Positions 48,600 through 61,455 of a stretch of DNA of 64,000 bases are shown here, one piece after another; the first letter of the stretch is position 1; every line of letters begins with the position of its first letter. Under the pieces are notes generated by a model, which saw only the letters and a program-made list of their open reading frames with translations, was not told the origin of the DNA and ran no database searches. The translations under genes were made by a program, and so were the position numbers. This stretch comes from Raillietiella orientalis (taxonomy: Eukaryota). The stretch is from the NCBI GenBank assembly GCA_036172245.1, contig JAYWIR010000022.1, positions 248,001 to 312,000 on the forward strand, given 5' to 3'.

Positions 48600-48950
48600 A
48601 TGAGTGTGTTTCTCCAAGACTCATCTGGTGATCCACTAAAACTACAGCAGATTCATGTTCTATGGAACTAGCGTTCAAGCTACTCTTTCCTCACCCAAAT
48701 TCGACAGTTCATTGTTCATCCTTCCAAACAGCTGTCCCGTACACTTTATTGTATTGTGAATTATGTACCCTTTGTGAAGAGAACTGCTCATTCCCTAACA
48801 CTCAAAACAACGATATGCAAGCACGGAAGAAACAACTTTCTCGAGGACTAGCACCTACCACAAAAACACCGCTAACACCCCTCACAGCCAAATCGTCGAA
48901 GTCGTGCTCACCATTCGTCACTAATCCATTATATAAGCAATAATTCATTC
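48600..48950 (-). pseudogene. Possible OTU-like cysteine-protease remnant (transposon cargo?)
   Basis: SCFFRACISLF*VLGNEQ resembles the OTU DGNCFFRAxS...GxE motif; contains an in-frame stop. Confidence 0.3.
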
Positions 48951-51599
48951 TGTTTTTTTCCACTCGTAACTTATTTTCATGAAAGTTTCTTATCAAAGTC
49001 TATATTTCAATGCGGAAAATGCAATCATATTACTTCAGCTGCCATGCTATGTCATGACCGCGGGCACAGACTCGGCCAACCTCCACAGCAATTGGCAATT
49101 CAAATTTTCATTACACTCAAAGTTAAATACCAGTTCATGTGCTCTCTAAAACCTGTCTGCGATGCCATGTACATTACCAATTGAATCGATTTAGAAACCA
49201 AGCTGAAACCAATCTGAGAAATCGAACGGCTAAACCCAATTAAATCTAAATCGAGCGCGCGCTGCCATGCTGGTTACAATTCCTCCAACAATGGTCAAAA
49301 AGTTTCTCTCCTTTGTTTAAAATGAGACACACCATGGAAACCAGTTGTTGATTTTCCTACACTCTCCCCTCTCCCTCCTCCGCTTTCCTTCTTTCTCTCC
49401 TCCCTCAAAGCCTAAAAGAACATCTCATTCACCAAAGGAGTGACCAAAAGTGATCGTCAGCTTCCAATTCGCTTACCCAGGTAACTGAATATGTTGTCTA
49501 TTTTTTTTTCCTAACGCATTTTTTGGGATTCATGAGAACAGACAGTAGAACAGCTCACGTGTGGGGGGTAGTCTGTGCGGTGCTCTTAAAATAAAGCCTT
49601 GCTCTCCGAGTCTCCAAAGAACGAGAGCAGGGGACGTGAGCATCTGTTGCTGAGTCACCTGTGGAAGCCGGCAGCAGAAAGAGACCGCCAACTCTGCCGT
49701 ACTCCGAGACTCACAGTCTTCCGCGGGGAACGCTCGTGCTGTTTCCTTCCCCCTCGAAGACCGCCGGTCCGTTTTCCGGAGGAGAAGCACCCGATTCCCG
49801 CGAGAGGCCGTCTACCGACTCCTTGAACCCTGTCATGCGCGCGTCGTCCCTCTCCCGCGATCTTCCGTGCCGCAAGGGGTCACAACAGTCTTTAATGGTG
49901 ACGGATGGCTTTCGCGGCAAGCGGTGAATTATAATCTCATTAGGGCTTGATCCTCAGAGTCTACAGGAAGCTCTGGGTCGGCACGGAATCGACCTATTAG
50001 AGGAAAGGCAGCGCTCCCGGAGAGTGGCTCACGTAGGGGGGAGGGGAAGGAGGCTGGAGAGGCTAACGCTGTAATTAGACCTTGGCTTGCTCCTTGCGTG
50101 CAAGAGGTTTCTTGCAAGGCCGGTGCGACCCCGCACCGCCACGGAGGCGGAGAGCAGGAAGAGGCGGTCGAAGGGAGCGCCGAAGCAGAGCTCGAAGCTC
50201 GCCGTTTATGTCCACCGGCGTCAACCGCCGCTTCGCTGCGCGGGAGGGCACACGGGTTCCACGTACGACTCCGAGGAAGGGGGGGGGAGGGGGGAATCGA
50301 CACGGGCAGGGTTAAGGGAACTGCGAGGGTGTCATGAGCCCGCCTCAGGGGAGCCCCGCAGTGGCCTGCGGCCGCTCGCGCCGAGCCCGGTCAGTTGCGT
50401 CCGTCCACTGGCCTGTCCCTCCTGCAGTGTGCGAGAAGGCGGGCACGCCACTTGTCGCGAGACCTCGAGCTGGAGGGCAGGTGACCACGAGTGTGAAGGA
50501 TCGTTGGAACGGGAGTTGTCTCCGATGGAGCATGTTTGCCGTTTTTATGGAGGCTGGTCTCCAAGACTCCGGGACCAATGAGAGGGAGGCAAAGGTTCGA
50601 ACCCCCAGCACTGGTGCTCCTTCCCTTGTTCTGGGGAGGAGGGCAGTCCCTTACCCTTCATTTCTTTCGGCTAATTGGGGGGGAAGAAAGGGGCGCCGCA
50701 GGTTCAGAGGTGAGCTGGGCCCTCGAAGGAAGCCTCCCTCTTACGGAAGAGGGTGACGCCTTCGCAGAATAGCTCTCTGCCGCCCTCTGAGATCAAGGAG
50801 CCGGAGCCGCGCCAATGTTCTTGTTCGTGAATGGCCTCCTTCTGAGCGTGACTTCCCGGGTTTTACTTGACCTTTTGAAACTTGAGATTCCTCCTTCGAG
50901 GTGGCGCGCCCCAGCGCTGGAAGAGGCAAAAAGTCCCCAAGGCAGGCCGGTTGACTACCGATTCCTTGGACTTAGTGCAGAAGTCCTCTTTCCGGCGTAG
51001 ATGGGGGGGGCCCTGAGAGAGTCCCTCGGTCACACCTCTCAGGTCGTCTGGAGGGAAGGGGAGGCAAGCGCTCTTGGAGGTTCCCAGCAACTACCGGGAC
51101 AGCGAGGTGAGCTTCCCCGTCTCAGGGAGGAAGGGGAGCTCTCTGTTTCTTACGACCTTAAGGCACTGTTCGCGACGGCTTCTACCGGAACTAGGTCCTC
51201 CCGGCTTGCGTTTCCGCAGCACAATCCCGCTCATGCTCGAATGGATTTGTGACGTCAGTGATGGCTACAGGAGTTGGGGATGAGGTTGCCCTCGGGGGTC
51301 GTCTGGCTTTCTTGTACCGAGGATCGGAGGTTTCATGAAAGCGCCACCGCGGACCTTGCTGGGTGTTGGCTCCCTAGGTCTGGGTGAAGTGCAGAAGCAA
51401 ATTGAACTCCCTTGCTGGACTTCCCGACCGCAAGGAGTGACGAGGTGCTCACCAGACTCTGAGGAGACTCCCAAAGTGCTCTTGAGATGAACGGCTCCAT
51501 CTCTCCGCGTTCTGACTCGACGAATGGCTTTCTTATCCCCTCCCCTCCTCCCTTCCTTCCCTTTTGGGCCGTCCTATGCAGAAATTCCAGCGAAATTCA

Positions 51600-53490
51600 T
51601 TCGGCGAAAATAAGCTGCGCGTGCAGGACCATGGAGGTTACCTTCAGTTGACATGTCACCCCCAGGCTCACGTTTGTTGGATCCCAGAAAGACGAACGAT
51701 TTGCTTTAGGTGTCGAGCAAGCTGAGCGGCCTCCGAGCTAAGCAGGCCATCACCAAGAGTGGTCCTCCGGCATCCCAAAGAGCCTCCTTCTCAGTCCCCT
51801 CCCGTCATGTGAGGATGCCTGCCCGTCCACCCGCCTCTACTCCTGCACCAGCCACGGCTGACCCCTGGTGACAGCCTGAGCTCCCTGCTCTTCCGCATTT
51901 ACTTCAAGTTGGTGCTGGGAGCATACAGGGATACTCTGGCAACCCTGCCGAGCTCGTGTCCGGCACGCCTGCCGTGACGGCTTACGCGGAGGGTCTTCTG
52001 CTGCTGCTTCCCGGTGTCAGCAATCGACCGTTTCAAGCTGCTTAGCCGCTGGACGGGACTTGTGGTGAAGAGGGCGAAGTCGTCCATAGAGTCGGTCGGT
52101 GCGATGTGAGCGGACGGTCAACTGAAACCGCTTGAGAATCCCCACCGGCAAGTACATCAAGTACCTTCAAGGGCCCCCTTTTGCTAGAGAGAATGGAGCG
52201 TCAGCTCCAATTCTGTAGACTCTCCCTTGCGTCCAAGCTGTGGACCATACCTTTATGCGCTCTGGCACGAACCCTTGACAAACAGGCAATCGACTGCAAA
52301 GGACTGAATTCGGTCGTCGTGGTCACCGAGCGAAGTTTGAGCCATCTTGGTTCTCAGCTCCGACAAATGGTTCCCTTGGTGCAAAGGAATCCCTGGATCT
52401 CCATCTCCCTGCGAACTGGACTGCCTGGCTGCCGGAGTCAGTATTCTCATGGGGTAAGATGAACGACACGAACGAGGCAGAGTACATCTGCCTATAGAAC
52501 AGCAGATGCGCTCGCCTCAGTCGCTGAGGGAGATCCTGGGTAACACCAGGAACCTGTCTTGGACGTCGTTCGCCCCCCTCGCTCCAGTGCTGCCCTCCCT
52601 ACGGGAAGCAAAGGGCAGCGACCTTCCGGCCAAGTGAGAGGTGACGTGCTCCATCAGCAACAGGAAAGAAGCATTAAAGTATGTGGACGAGCGGGAGCTT
52701 GCGGACGCTGCCACACCGAGTGTCCCATCCAAAGGACCGCTACGCTGGGGAGAGCTGCTACAAATTCTTCCGCACAAAGTGAAGTGGTCCCCAGAGTGCT
52801 GGAACAGTGCAACCCTCCTTTTAGAATGGCAGGAGTCGGCGAGCCTGCTGTTGCATTGGGGCCTCCCGTGCAATGTCCGCCGACGTCGTTGGACCGGGGA
52901 GTGTCAACCCGAACCGCAGCAGGTGCGTAGAAAGAGAATCCCTCCCGCACCTCTTTATGCATTGTGCTGCCCTCTGCCCCTGTGGAAACGCTTTGCCGCG
53001 TCCCTGCGGATCCCCGAGGGCAACTCCATAGACGTTTGAAAGAGTCTCTACCTGCGCTACGCCCACCAGCCGCATCCCTAGCAGCACTTTGCTGCCTTCG
53101 CGGGATCGTAGCTGCTCGGAGAAACGCCAGAGGAGTACAGGACGACAGGGGCACCATCTATTTTGCTGTCCTCTTCATGAGGACAGAGTCAAGATGGCCC
53201 CATCTGGGAGTCCTGAAACAGGATTGCGGCATCATTAAAGGGTGCAGAGGACACCTTCCAGCACACAGTGATCCCTTCCCGAATCTTTTTACGTATTTTT
53301 TTGTTTTATTTTTTTTCTTTCCGTTTGTTTCTCCTCCTTTTGTGTTGCCGAGGCGATCCTCGCCGGCCTGCGCGCCGGTTCTCGGCAGGTTCCCATGGCT
53401 ATGTTTGTAGGGTGGCAGGACCAATCGCCCTGCCGCTGACTTCGAAGTTTATTTTATGGAAACAAACGCCCCTGTGCAACCGGATGTCAA
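51600..53490 (+). mobile_element. 5'-truncated L1/Tx1-like LINE; its 3' ~1 kb is near-identical to 17241-18195
   Basis: Same C-terminal peptides as 17100-18212; terminus AAACGCCCCTGTGCAACCGGATGTCAA. 5' boundary approximate. Confidence 0.8.
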
Positions 53491-53779
53491 GTCATGGCTG
53501 ATCCTCGTCGCCGCATCCTTCGAAGCCTGTTGAGGAGGGCCTCTCGCCGGAGCTCCTGCCCAATGTGGCCCACCAGAACTCAGCACAGCGCGAAGCTTCC
53601 TCGGAATAGGGGCGCCCCTCGTGGTTCCGGTTCCACCGCTTTAGCTGGGTTTCCAGGAGTCGAAGTGTGCAGCGCACGCAGCCTCACTGGAGAAGAAGGG
53701 AAGGAATAGTTTTCTGCTCACTCCCACATCAGGCGACAGCGAATTGCCACCGTCGCCATTTTCCTTTCAGGACTTGCAC

Positions 53780-54535
53780 GCGTTGGCGGCCGTGTGGCTA
53801 CCACCTGCGCGCGTGGCACCAAGCGTCGCGGTTTCGGATGCCACCCGGGGAAGGATTTACGCAGCGAAACGCGGGGTGAGTCATGGGTTACGAGCTCTCG
53901 CCCTCTGTAGGATGATGCTGGTTGGCTTACAGGCTTCAGGTGCGGTACTGGTGAAATCCAATGCTCCCGTTGATTGACTAGGATTGGAAGTTGATCTTCC
54001 CGGAATCAAGGAGCCGACTGCCTTTAGGTTCCTCTCCGACCGTGAAAATGAAGCCGTCCTCCCCCTCCCTCCCCCTAGGGATGGGACCCTCCATCGAATA
54101 ACATGGAGCTGGTTGATTAATGCCTATCCACAGTGTCAAGAAGTGCACTGCTCTTTTCGGAAAACGCCTTCAGAGAAATCTGAAAGCGTTCCTTCGGGAT
54201 TCTCTTCAGAGGAGCACCAACAAGGAGCAGTTCCCTTGCGGGTTCCCTTCGGAGGAGAAATTCCAGGAACGGATGCTTTCCGGATTCCCTCTGGAGAAGA
54301 AACAATGGAGAGGCTCCCTCTGGGAAATCCCTCCAGAGAGAATAAGGAGGAGGTGGTTTCCTTCGGGATCCTTCAGAAACAGCCAGAGCAAGGATTTTTT
54401 TCAGGGTTGCCTCCCAAGCGTAAGGAAGGAAAAGACTTAGGACTTCCTTCGGAACCTTCCTGGATTCATAGGGTAGTTCCTTCTCCGGGTACCTCCTAAC
54501 TTGAAGAGTTGACACGCACCCTTGGGTGTGGTGGG
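53780..54535 (+). mobile_element. Family-C element, most complete copy (tRNA-like head, two B-box-like motifs, hairpin-rich body)
   Basis: Starts GCGTTGGCGGCCGTGTGGCT; collinear with copies at 6330-6855, 19400-19740, 58920-60493 and 61456-63470. Confidence 0.7.
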
Positions 54536-55099
54536 ATAGAGTTAAAGAGCTTCTTGGGTCCCTAGGCGAAAAGTGCAGTCCTAGGTCCTAGTCCTAGTCC
54601 GTGCAGTCCTTCTCCTGGCTGCTCCTTGGAAAAGAAAACCCACGGAAGCCTCTGCTATAACCAAGAGCCGCGCACAGTGGGCCCTGCGAACACCCCTCCC
54701 CTCGTCATGATCGTTGGCTACCGACCGATAGCATGCGAAGATCAAAAGCTTGAAAGCAACACGAATCGGAAAGTGGAGCAATTCCCTCAGGCATTATTCT
54801 CGAGCCCACGAGGGAGCTTTGTCTCCGGCTGCCTCTCACGCATCTGCCGCCTCGATCCATCGGACCTGCCAAAGATGGCGACCTAATGGCGCCGTTGCTC
54901 TACCACCTACCGACACTCCGGCCTGTGCCGCCCAAGGGTGAGGCGAATGGAGGTCCTTCTCCGGTTGCTCCGCCGTCCAAACACCAACCGCCGCGCGATG
55001 GCCACCTCCAAAGTCACTATACACCCGTATCCATAGGAACACAATCTTGATATGCTCTCGTCACTGACAGGACTGCGACGCCGTGATCATTGCAGGCCA

Positions 55100-55880
55100 C
55101 ATCCCACCACGCCTGCTTATTGGCGAGGTGGGAGGTTCCCTACGAGACCTTAGGAAGCAGGGAAATTCTTGGACTGCGCATCAGCTCGCTGAAGAGCTGC
55201 AGGTGGTGATGGTTAAGAACATGTGTCTCCCGCCGGCAACACTTCGGTGCTGCTGATGCTGCTCTGGGCGCCCCGTGGAGCGCGCGCCGCCACCAATGGA
55301 CGAAGGGGGGTCTCACTCCCAACTGCGCCGGATGCGGGTGGGAAGAGACCCTCCCCCACCTGCTCGTGACGCGTGTTGCCCTGAGGGCATTGTGGGAACG
55401 TCTCTTCACATCCCTCCCTGTTCCAGTGAATAGTCCAACCAGCATACCGAGGGACCTCCCTGAACAGAGTGCCTGGTCACCATCTGCCGCTGTCGCAGCG
55501 TCGTGCTGTCCGCACGGAGCTTTCCTTTCCAGGAACGAAGCCGAAAGAGGAAGGCATGGCAGGGAGACACCACCCTCTTCACCGTCCGGTTCCTCCTGGA
55601 CAGCATATCAAGATGGTCCTGCCTGAGCTGCCATTGGAAGAGCTCATCGACATCCTTCGAAGTTTGCACAGGACTTCACATCGCGGGGCGTGGTTCCTTC
55701 CTTTCCCCTCTCCATTTTTCCACAGTGCTTTTTTTCTGTTTTATTTATGTATTTATCCTCATTTTCGCTGCCCCTCTGTGATGCTGTGGACCTCGTCGGT
55801 GCCCCACGGGTTGTCAAAGACTCGATAGGGCATAAAGCCTCACCGACTTCTGCTTGAACGCCCGAAACATCTGACTGTGA
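55100..55880 (+). mobile_element. Degenerate L1/Tx1-like LINE 3' end
   Basis: WTKGGLTPNCAGCGWEETLPHLLV..VALRALWERL zinc finger; T-rich 3'UTR. Confidence 0.7.
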
Positions 55881-56199
55881 TTCCTATGAAGGGTGAACAA
55901 GCAAGAAGGCACTCTCCTTGGTCCATCCTATCCCGTCCCAGGCTGCCACCCTTCAAGCGAGCGAGACGAGCCCGTAGACATGCCACCACCGCAGGCCAGC
56001 TACCGTTGTATCCTCATGATCGAAATCAAGCGCGCACTGTTCCTCTTCAGCTCGCAGCCTCTGTATCACTCCTCCGCCCTCATTCCCCACCTCCTTTCCT
56101 ACATTCACTCTCCTCACTCGTCAACACGAGGACACTGCAAGCCGAGAGAAGGATGTCCGCTTGAAATCCCCGTCCGTTAGCTATCCCTCCCTTTAACAA

Positions 56200-57000
56200 A
56201 CCAACGAATACTAGATGAGTCACTGCGCCCACTGACCTCCGTCCCACTGAGGAAGTCTACTCTGTCGGCCGAGACTCCAGGGTCTCTCAACTTCCTCTAC
56301 CCTACCCGCACGGGACGATCTACTTACCGGAAGCCGACCAACTTCCCGCCATGCTCTCCCTACCCCCAGTTCTCCCTGCATCCTTCTGCTCCTCTTGACA
56401 GGTAGAGCCAGCCTCCTGACCCGCCTGGCCAGGTAACTGCTCGGGCTCCTGTCGCAACTTTTGCCAACCTAGAGCGGAATCCCCCTCCCCGGAGCTTAGG
56501 CCCGGAGCTGCCTTCCCACAAGGGGAATTGGTCTCGGAGCTCATCCTCCGTCCGTTCGCCTCCTTGCACTTTATCCTCTCTCACGAGGTATCCTTTTTAT
56601 CTTCATCCACTGTTCGGTTGGACCCTCACAGCGAGGCCTTTCTCCCCCGCTTCTTAAGCCATTCCCCTCCCTCCCTCCCACCGTTTTCCCCAACCTGTTC
56701 ATTCCAGAAGAATTTTTTTTTTTTTCCCCTCATAACCTCATCGTGGCAGCAACCTACCGACCAGAAAAGTCCTTGATCTCTGCCTTCCGCCTTCTTCCAT
56801 GCATCCCTAGAGAAATAGGAAGCTTCTAAGAGTTGTAATCCTCACCATCCTTCTTGTATTCAACCCTTCTTCTCCCCTATCTTCTTTCCAGTACAACTCT
56901 CTCGAAAAATACCGTACCTCTTATCGTCTTCACCTAATTAGGTCCTAACCAATCACCTCTGTTCCTTCACTCATGAGGCAGACCATTACCTTCGCCCTTC
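56200..57000 (+). mobile_element. Possible APE-endonuclease remnant of a LINE
   Basis: PTDQKS/LDLCL (frameshifted) resembles the APE PT...SxLDL motif; weak. Confidence 0.25.
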
Positions 57001-58919
57001 CCATCCTTTCTTCTCCGACTCCCTCGTCGTCGACCTTAATTGCCTTCCATGATTTAAATGGAAGAGGATCGGTCCTGAGAGCCCCGCTTCCAGTGTTGCA
57101 GCATGTTCTCTTTGCCAAATGGGACACCTCTGCGTCCCTCGACTTCCAGACACGATCCACCTCACGCGAGATGCCGGAAAAGATCCCGACCTCCGTGCCG
57201 TGCCTTCGCCGTTGTGCCCGAAGGACGCAACCCGGACTTGCGTCTTTCTTCGCCGCGCCCGTTGCTCGATGAGCGTAGGGGCCATCAGCAGGAGGTTTGC
57301 GGCGAGCCCGGAGTCGGGCGGCAAGTTTGTCTTGTCCTCTGTCTCTCTGGGTTCCAGCAGCATCACTTGCTTTGCTCATCTCGTGACGTCCTCTCTCACT
57401 CACTGGGAGGTGGCGCGCCGCGAGGAGACGCTTCTCCGCCAAAAAGAGGAAAACATGCGGTGGGATCCTTGCAGGACAAATTGCGTTCCCCCGTGGGATG
57501 ACGAATTCGCCGACCGGAAGAGACTTCCGGGGTCGGACCAGAGGGAACGAACTGCAGCCACCGAACGTGGGACCGCGGGAAGTGGTTCCGGAAACGGATA
57601 GCTTGACGACCTGGGTTGCCGCAGGATCTCATCCTTGACCTCGATGCAAGAGCCAGTTTCAGTTGGTAGAGGAGTTTTTCGTCTTCCGGATGCTGCAAGA
57701 GAAACTTTCCGGTGAGGCAGAACTCGCTCCGTCCGTCCCAAGCGAAAGAACGATTTCTCTGCTAGGACTATTTGCCGTTTTTCTTGTCACGGGCGCAGAT
57801 CGCTTTTCTCCTGTTGCAGCAGCTGGAGCACACACTCGGAAAAACGATGCTGAAGTCGCCACGTGCTATAAACAAAACATGAACATTCCGGGTGTGGTCC
57901 CGCATTTGCTGGCTTAAAGCATGCGAAGCAAAATTCGAGTCGAGTTCAGATAGCACAAACGCTCCTCCTCCACCAGACTTCAGTCGGCAGCGAGCCTTCG
58001 AAGAATTTTCCCAGATCGACAGTCCCCATGGTCCTCGTTTCGCAAACTGAACAGGTGCAGACCCTCCCATTTTTCCTCCGAGGCTAACAAGACACGCAGC
58101 AAGCAGAGTGGTTCTCCAGCAAGCCCTCAGGGGGCCTTCTTCAGAAGAAACTCCACCTGAGAAGCAGCTCTGGATCGCGTTTCGGTGCAGCGACTTTGCC
58201 TCTCCCAGTTGGCGCTGGAGATCACTCATTCCGATCCTCTCCCGGTACTATCCATGATTGAAAGGGAGTCCACGTGGAGGCGGAGAACGCTCGCCGCTCA
58301 ATGAGGACTGCTCGAAGCCGCTGGCAGCCAACCAGCCGTGGGTGACCCCAACTCGGACGACCCGAAAAAAGTAGATCCGCTCTGGGCTTCTTTCATTTTC
58401 GAGGGGGCAAATTTTCTCTCCGGCACGCCCACGCCGAAACTTCCGCGAAGTCACGCCCCCACACCACTTCACAGGCGAACGGGAAATCACAGGCGATTCG
58501 ATTCCCTGCACGCTGGTTGCGTTGCGTGACTCTGCTAAGCCATCTGTGAAAGAGTTTCGCCACTTCCTTGTATCCCAACCCTCTCGGCGTTGAACACCTT
58601 CAAGGGGCGGAGCCGTCGAAGGTCCTGGAACGAGATCTCTCCTAGAATCTGGAAGCGTCCGAGGAACCTGTGAGGCATCTAGCGACTCCTCCACCCATCA
58701 GGCTCCTCCCCTACAGAAGCACCCTTGAACTTTTTTCATGAGGCGAGCCTGTGATGCTCACTGCTTCAGCAAGATGGAAATCATAGCAATGGAAATCCTT
58801 TGGAGGTTCTTTTCTGTCTTCCATCCTTTCCTTCAAGCTTTTTTTTCTTTTTTTGGTTCGCTGAGTACCCCATGAACCATCGCGCACCTGGCGGACCACG
58901 CAGCCCTTTGACACTGTTC

Positions 58920-60493
58920 CACGCGCCACCAGTGGGTGCATGTGATTCTTCAACATAGGAGACACCCCGGAAGGGGACCGCCCTATGAATCCAGGAAGGG
59001 CACAGAGTCCGTTCCTCTCACTCCAGGGGAGGGATCCCCAAAGGGAACCTTCACCCTGGTTGTCTTCGAAAGGAACCCCGAAGGGGGAGGGGGCATTAGT
59101 AGGAATTTCTTCTCCGTAAGGAACTCCCTCGCTGCAGGGCTGCTTCTTTTGAGGGCACTAGGCAGCAGCCAAAGACCGCGGTGGGAAGCCTACTGCGAAA
59201 TTGTAGGCAGGAAGCGATTGATAAGCGGTTGGACCACGGGACTGCTGGCAGATGCAGCGAACCCGAGCGTCCCTCTACGAGGACAACAGCGCTGGGGCGA
59301 GCTGCTGCTCGGCATTCCAACCGAAGACCTGGAGTGGCCCCTAGTGCCGAAGGACACCAGCATCCTCCCCCTGAAGTGGCAGGACTCGGAGCTTCTGCTG
59401 CTGCACTGGACTTCCCCTGCAACGCGCGCCGAAACCACTGGACGCTGAGGAGGGCGAGCCCGGACTGTCTCAGCTGCTGGGAACAGGAATCCCTCCTGCA
59501 CCTGCTAGCAGTCCGGATGCCGGTTGGCAGCCCTCCAGGGACGTTTTACGGCCTCCAGGGCCTTCTTTTCGTGCGGGACGTCCTGCAGCCAGCCGCAGCC
59601 CCAGAAGCACTTTGCTGCATCCGCGGTATTGTGGTAGCATGGAGCGAAGCCGACAGAATAAGAACAAAGGAAAGGGCCACTACCCAGTTCGCAGCTCGCT
59701 TCCTGCGGATAGCGGCAAGATGACTCCACCTGGGAATTATCCGGACGGACCTTACCGGCATCCTGGAACGGGTCCTGGACTCCCTTTAGCGGGTAGTGAT
59801 CCCTTCCCGCCCCTTCCAACTGTTCTTATTTATTTTTATTTATTCTTTTTTTTTTCATTTTCGTTTTCTCCCATCCCCCTCCACTGCCGAGGTGACCCCC
59901 GAGGTCTGCGTATCGGCGACCGGAAAGGTCCACTGTTGGGTTGGCCGTAGTGTGGCCTCGTATCACGAAAATGGCAAGTTCATTGAAATCAATAAACACC
60001 CCGGCATGACCGGGTGATAACTTCGGAGGGAACCCGCAAGGGAACCGCTCCTGTTTCCTCCTCTGAAGAGAATCCCGAAGGGACGCTTCTGAGTGAAATA
60101 CACGAAGGGCGCTCCCCGAAGAGAGCAGCACTCTTCTCTGCACTCTCTGGAGAGATGGCAACACACCTACTCCATGGGACGACACGGAGGGTCCCCCCCC
60201 GAAGGAGGAGGGATGGCTCCTTTGCACAACCGAAGGGGAAATTCCACTCCTTGATTCCTGGAAGGATCCCGTGGGACCGACTCCCAATCTCGGCCACTCA
60301 TCAGGGGCATCCGGTTTGAATCGCTACCACTGCCGCACCCTAATGAATGGAGGCCAACCAGCGTCATCTTGCGGGGGAAACTCGAACCCGTAACGCGCCC
60401 TCCATCTCTCGATGTAGATTCTTTCCGAGTATGAGAACCAGCAACGCTTGGTGGTGACACGCGCGGAAACCTCAACCACGTGGCCTCCAACGC
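58920..60493 (-). mobile_element. Family-C element interrupted by a LINE at ~59130-60020
   Basis: 60021-60493 matches the head to the CCCTTCGG region; 58920-59130 matches the distal part of 53780-54535. Confidence 0.7.
59131..60020 (+). mobile_element. 5'-truncated L1/Tx1-like LINE nested in a family-C element
   Basis: LPLKWQDSELLLLHW; DCLSCWEQESLLHLL; FAARFLRIAAR; terminus AATAAACACCCCGGCATGACCGGGTGATAA. Confidence 0.85.
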
Positions 60494-60509
60494 GAGCCAC
60501 TGCTTGAGC

Positions 60510-61330
60510 CTGTGATGCGCAGTGCTTCATCAATGCTTGAGCGTTTGGTTCCTACTGCGGTGAAGCAGAACAGAAATTGGACGCCGTTCTCTCCGAATCC
60601 GACTGATTGCAGAACCATCCCAGCATCCTGCACCTTTCCGACGATCTCTTTCCGCAGATCAAGCCACGTTGCGATCAGCGATCGAAGAGACATCTTACGA
60701 ACACTCACGAAAGCAAAAGTCTGCGACGCATGAAGGGAACCATCCGCTTCAAAAGTCAGTTCCCGTTGTGAAGCTGACAGCCATGTCCTCACATAAACAC
60801 AGGAAGGCGAGTTCCGATGGTTCCATCCTTCCTGCACCTCTCCCTGAAGTGCCTCTGTGCGGAAGCAGACGGAACCCAAGTTACCGGCAAGAAAAGTGTT
60901 CTCAGTGCTTCCCGTTGTCACCCAAGGCTCCGACAATGTCCACTGTCCTTCGTTCGAGTCCCGGTCCCGTCTTCACACCGAACCCAAGAGCAGTGCACAC
61001 CGTCCGAGCAGTTCATCCGCAGACAGCTAGAAGAACGTGACGCAGGCGGTTCCGTTGTGGGACATTCAGGGATGCGGTGGCTGCCACGATCCTCTACGCG
61101 AGAGCTCCCTTCGGGAGAAGAGCGGTTCCTCCCCCCCCTCCCCCCCCTATGTAAGCACCGTGACAACTCCTGTTCAACCAATCAGTCAGAAACCCGTAGC
61201 GACAGGTGGAACTGCGGTGGTGGCGCTGCCTGGCGAAAGCCGCGCGAAAAGTCGCGATTTTTTCAACGGAGCTACACGTGAGCACGGCGACGGCTTTCCA
61301 TTGCTTCTGCCATCGGCGTCCTCAACGTGT
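60510..61330 (-). mobile_element. L1-type reverse transcriptase N-terminal remnant
   Basis: KTGPG (KSPGPDG-like), HASQTFAFVSVR, WLDLRKE..V and VLQSVGFGENGVQFL, in the order expected for L1/Tx1 RT. Confidence 0.55.
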
Positions 61331-61455
61331 CCTCAAGCACACGAACTGGCATGATCCCTTAGGCCGCGAAGAATGAGGTACGTAGCAGCGCTCCAGAGAA
61401 ACCATAAAACTCTTGGCCCTCGTCCGCACGATGGTGACCCAGCACCAATTGCCCC

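Noticed and set aside
53780..53860. Family-C head as a true tRNA gene or HDV-like ribozyme
   Set aside because: Anticodon arm truncated and no acceptor-stem closure; no P1 complement for an HDV fold found.
60255..60320. CTGATGAG on the minus strand as a second hammerhead
   Set aside because: No properly placed GAAA, and the motif is not conserved in other family-C copies.
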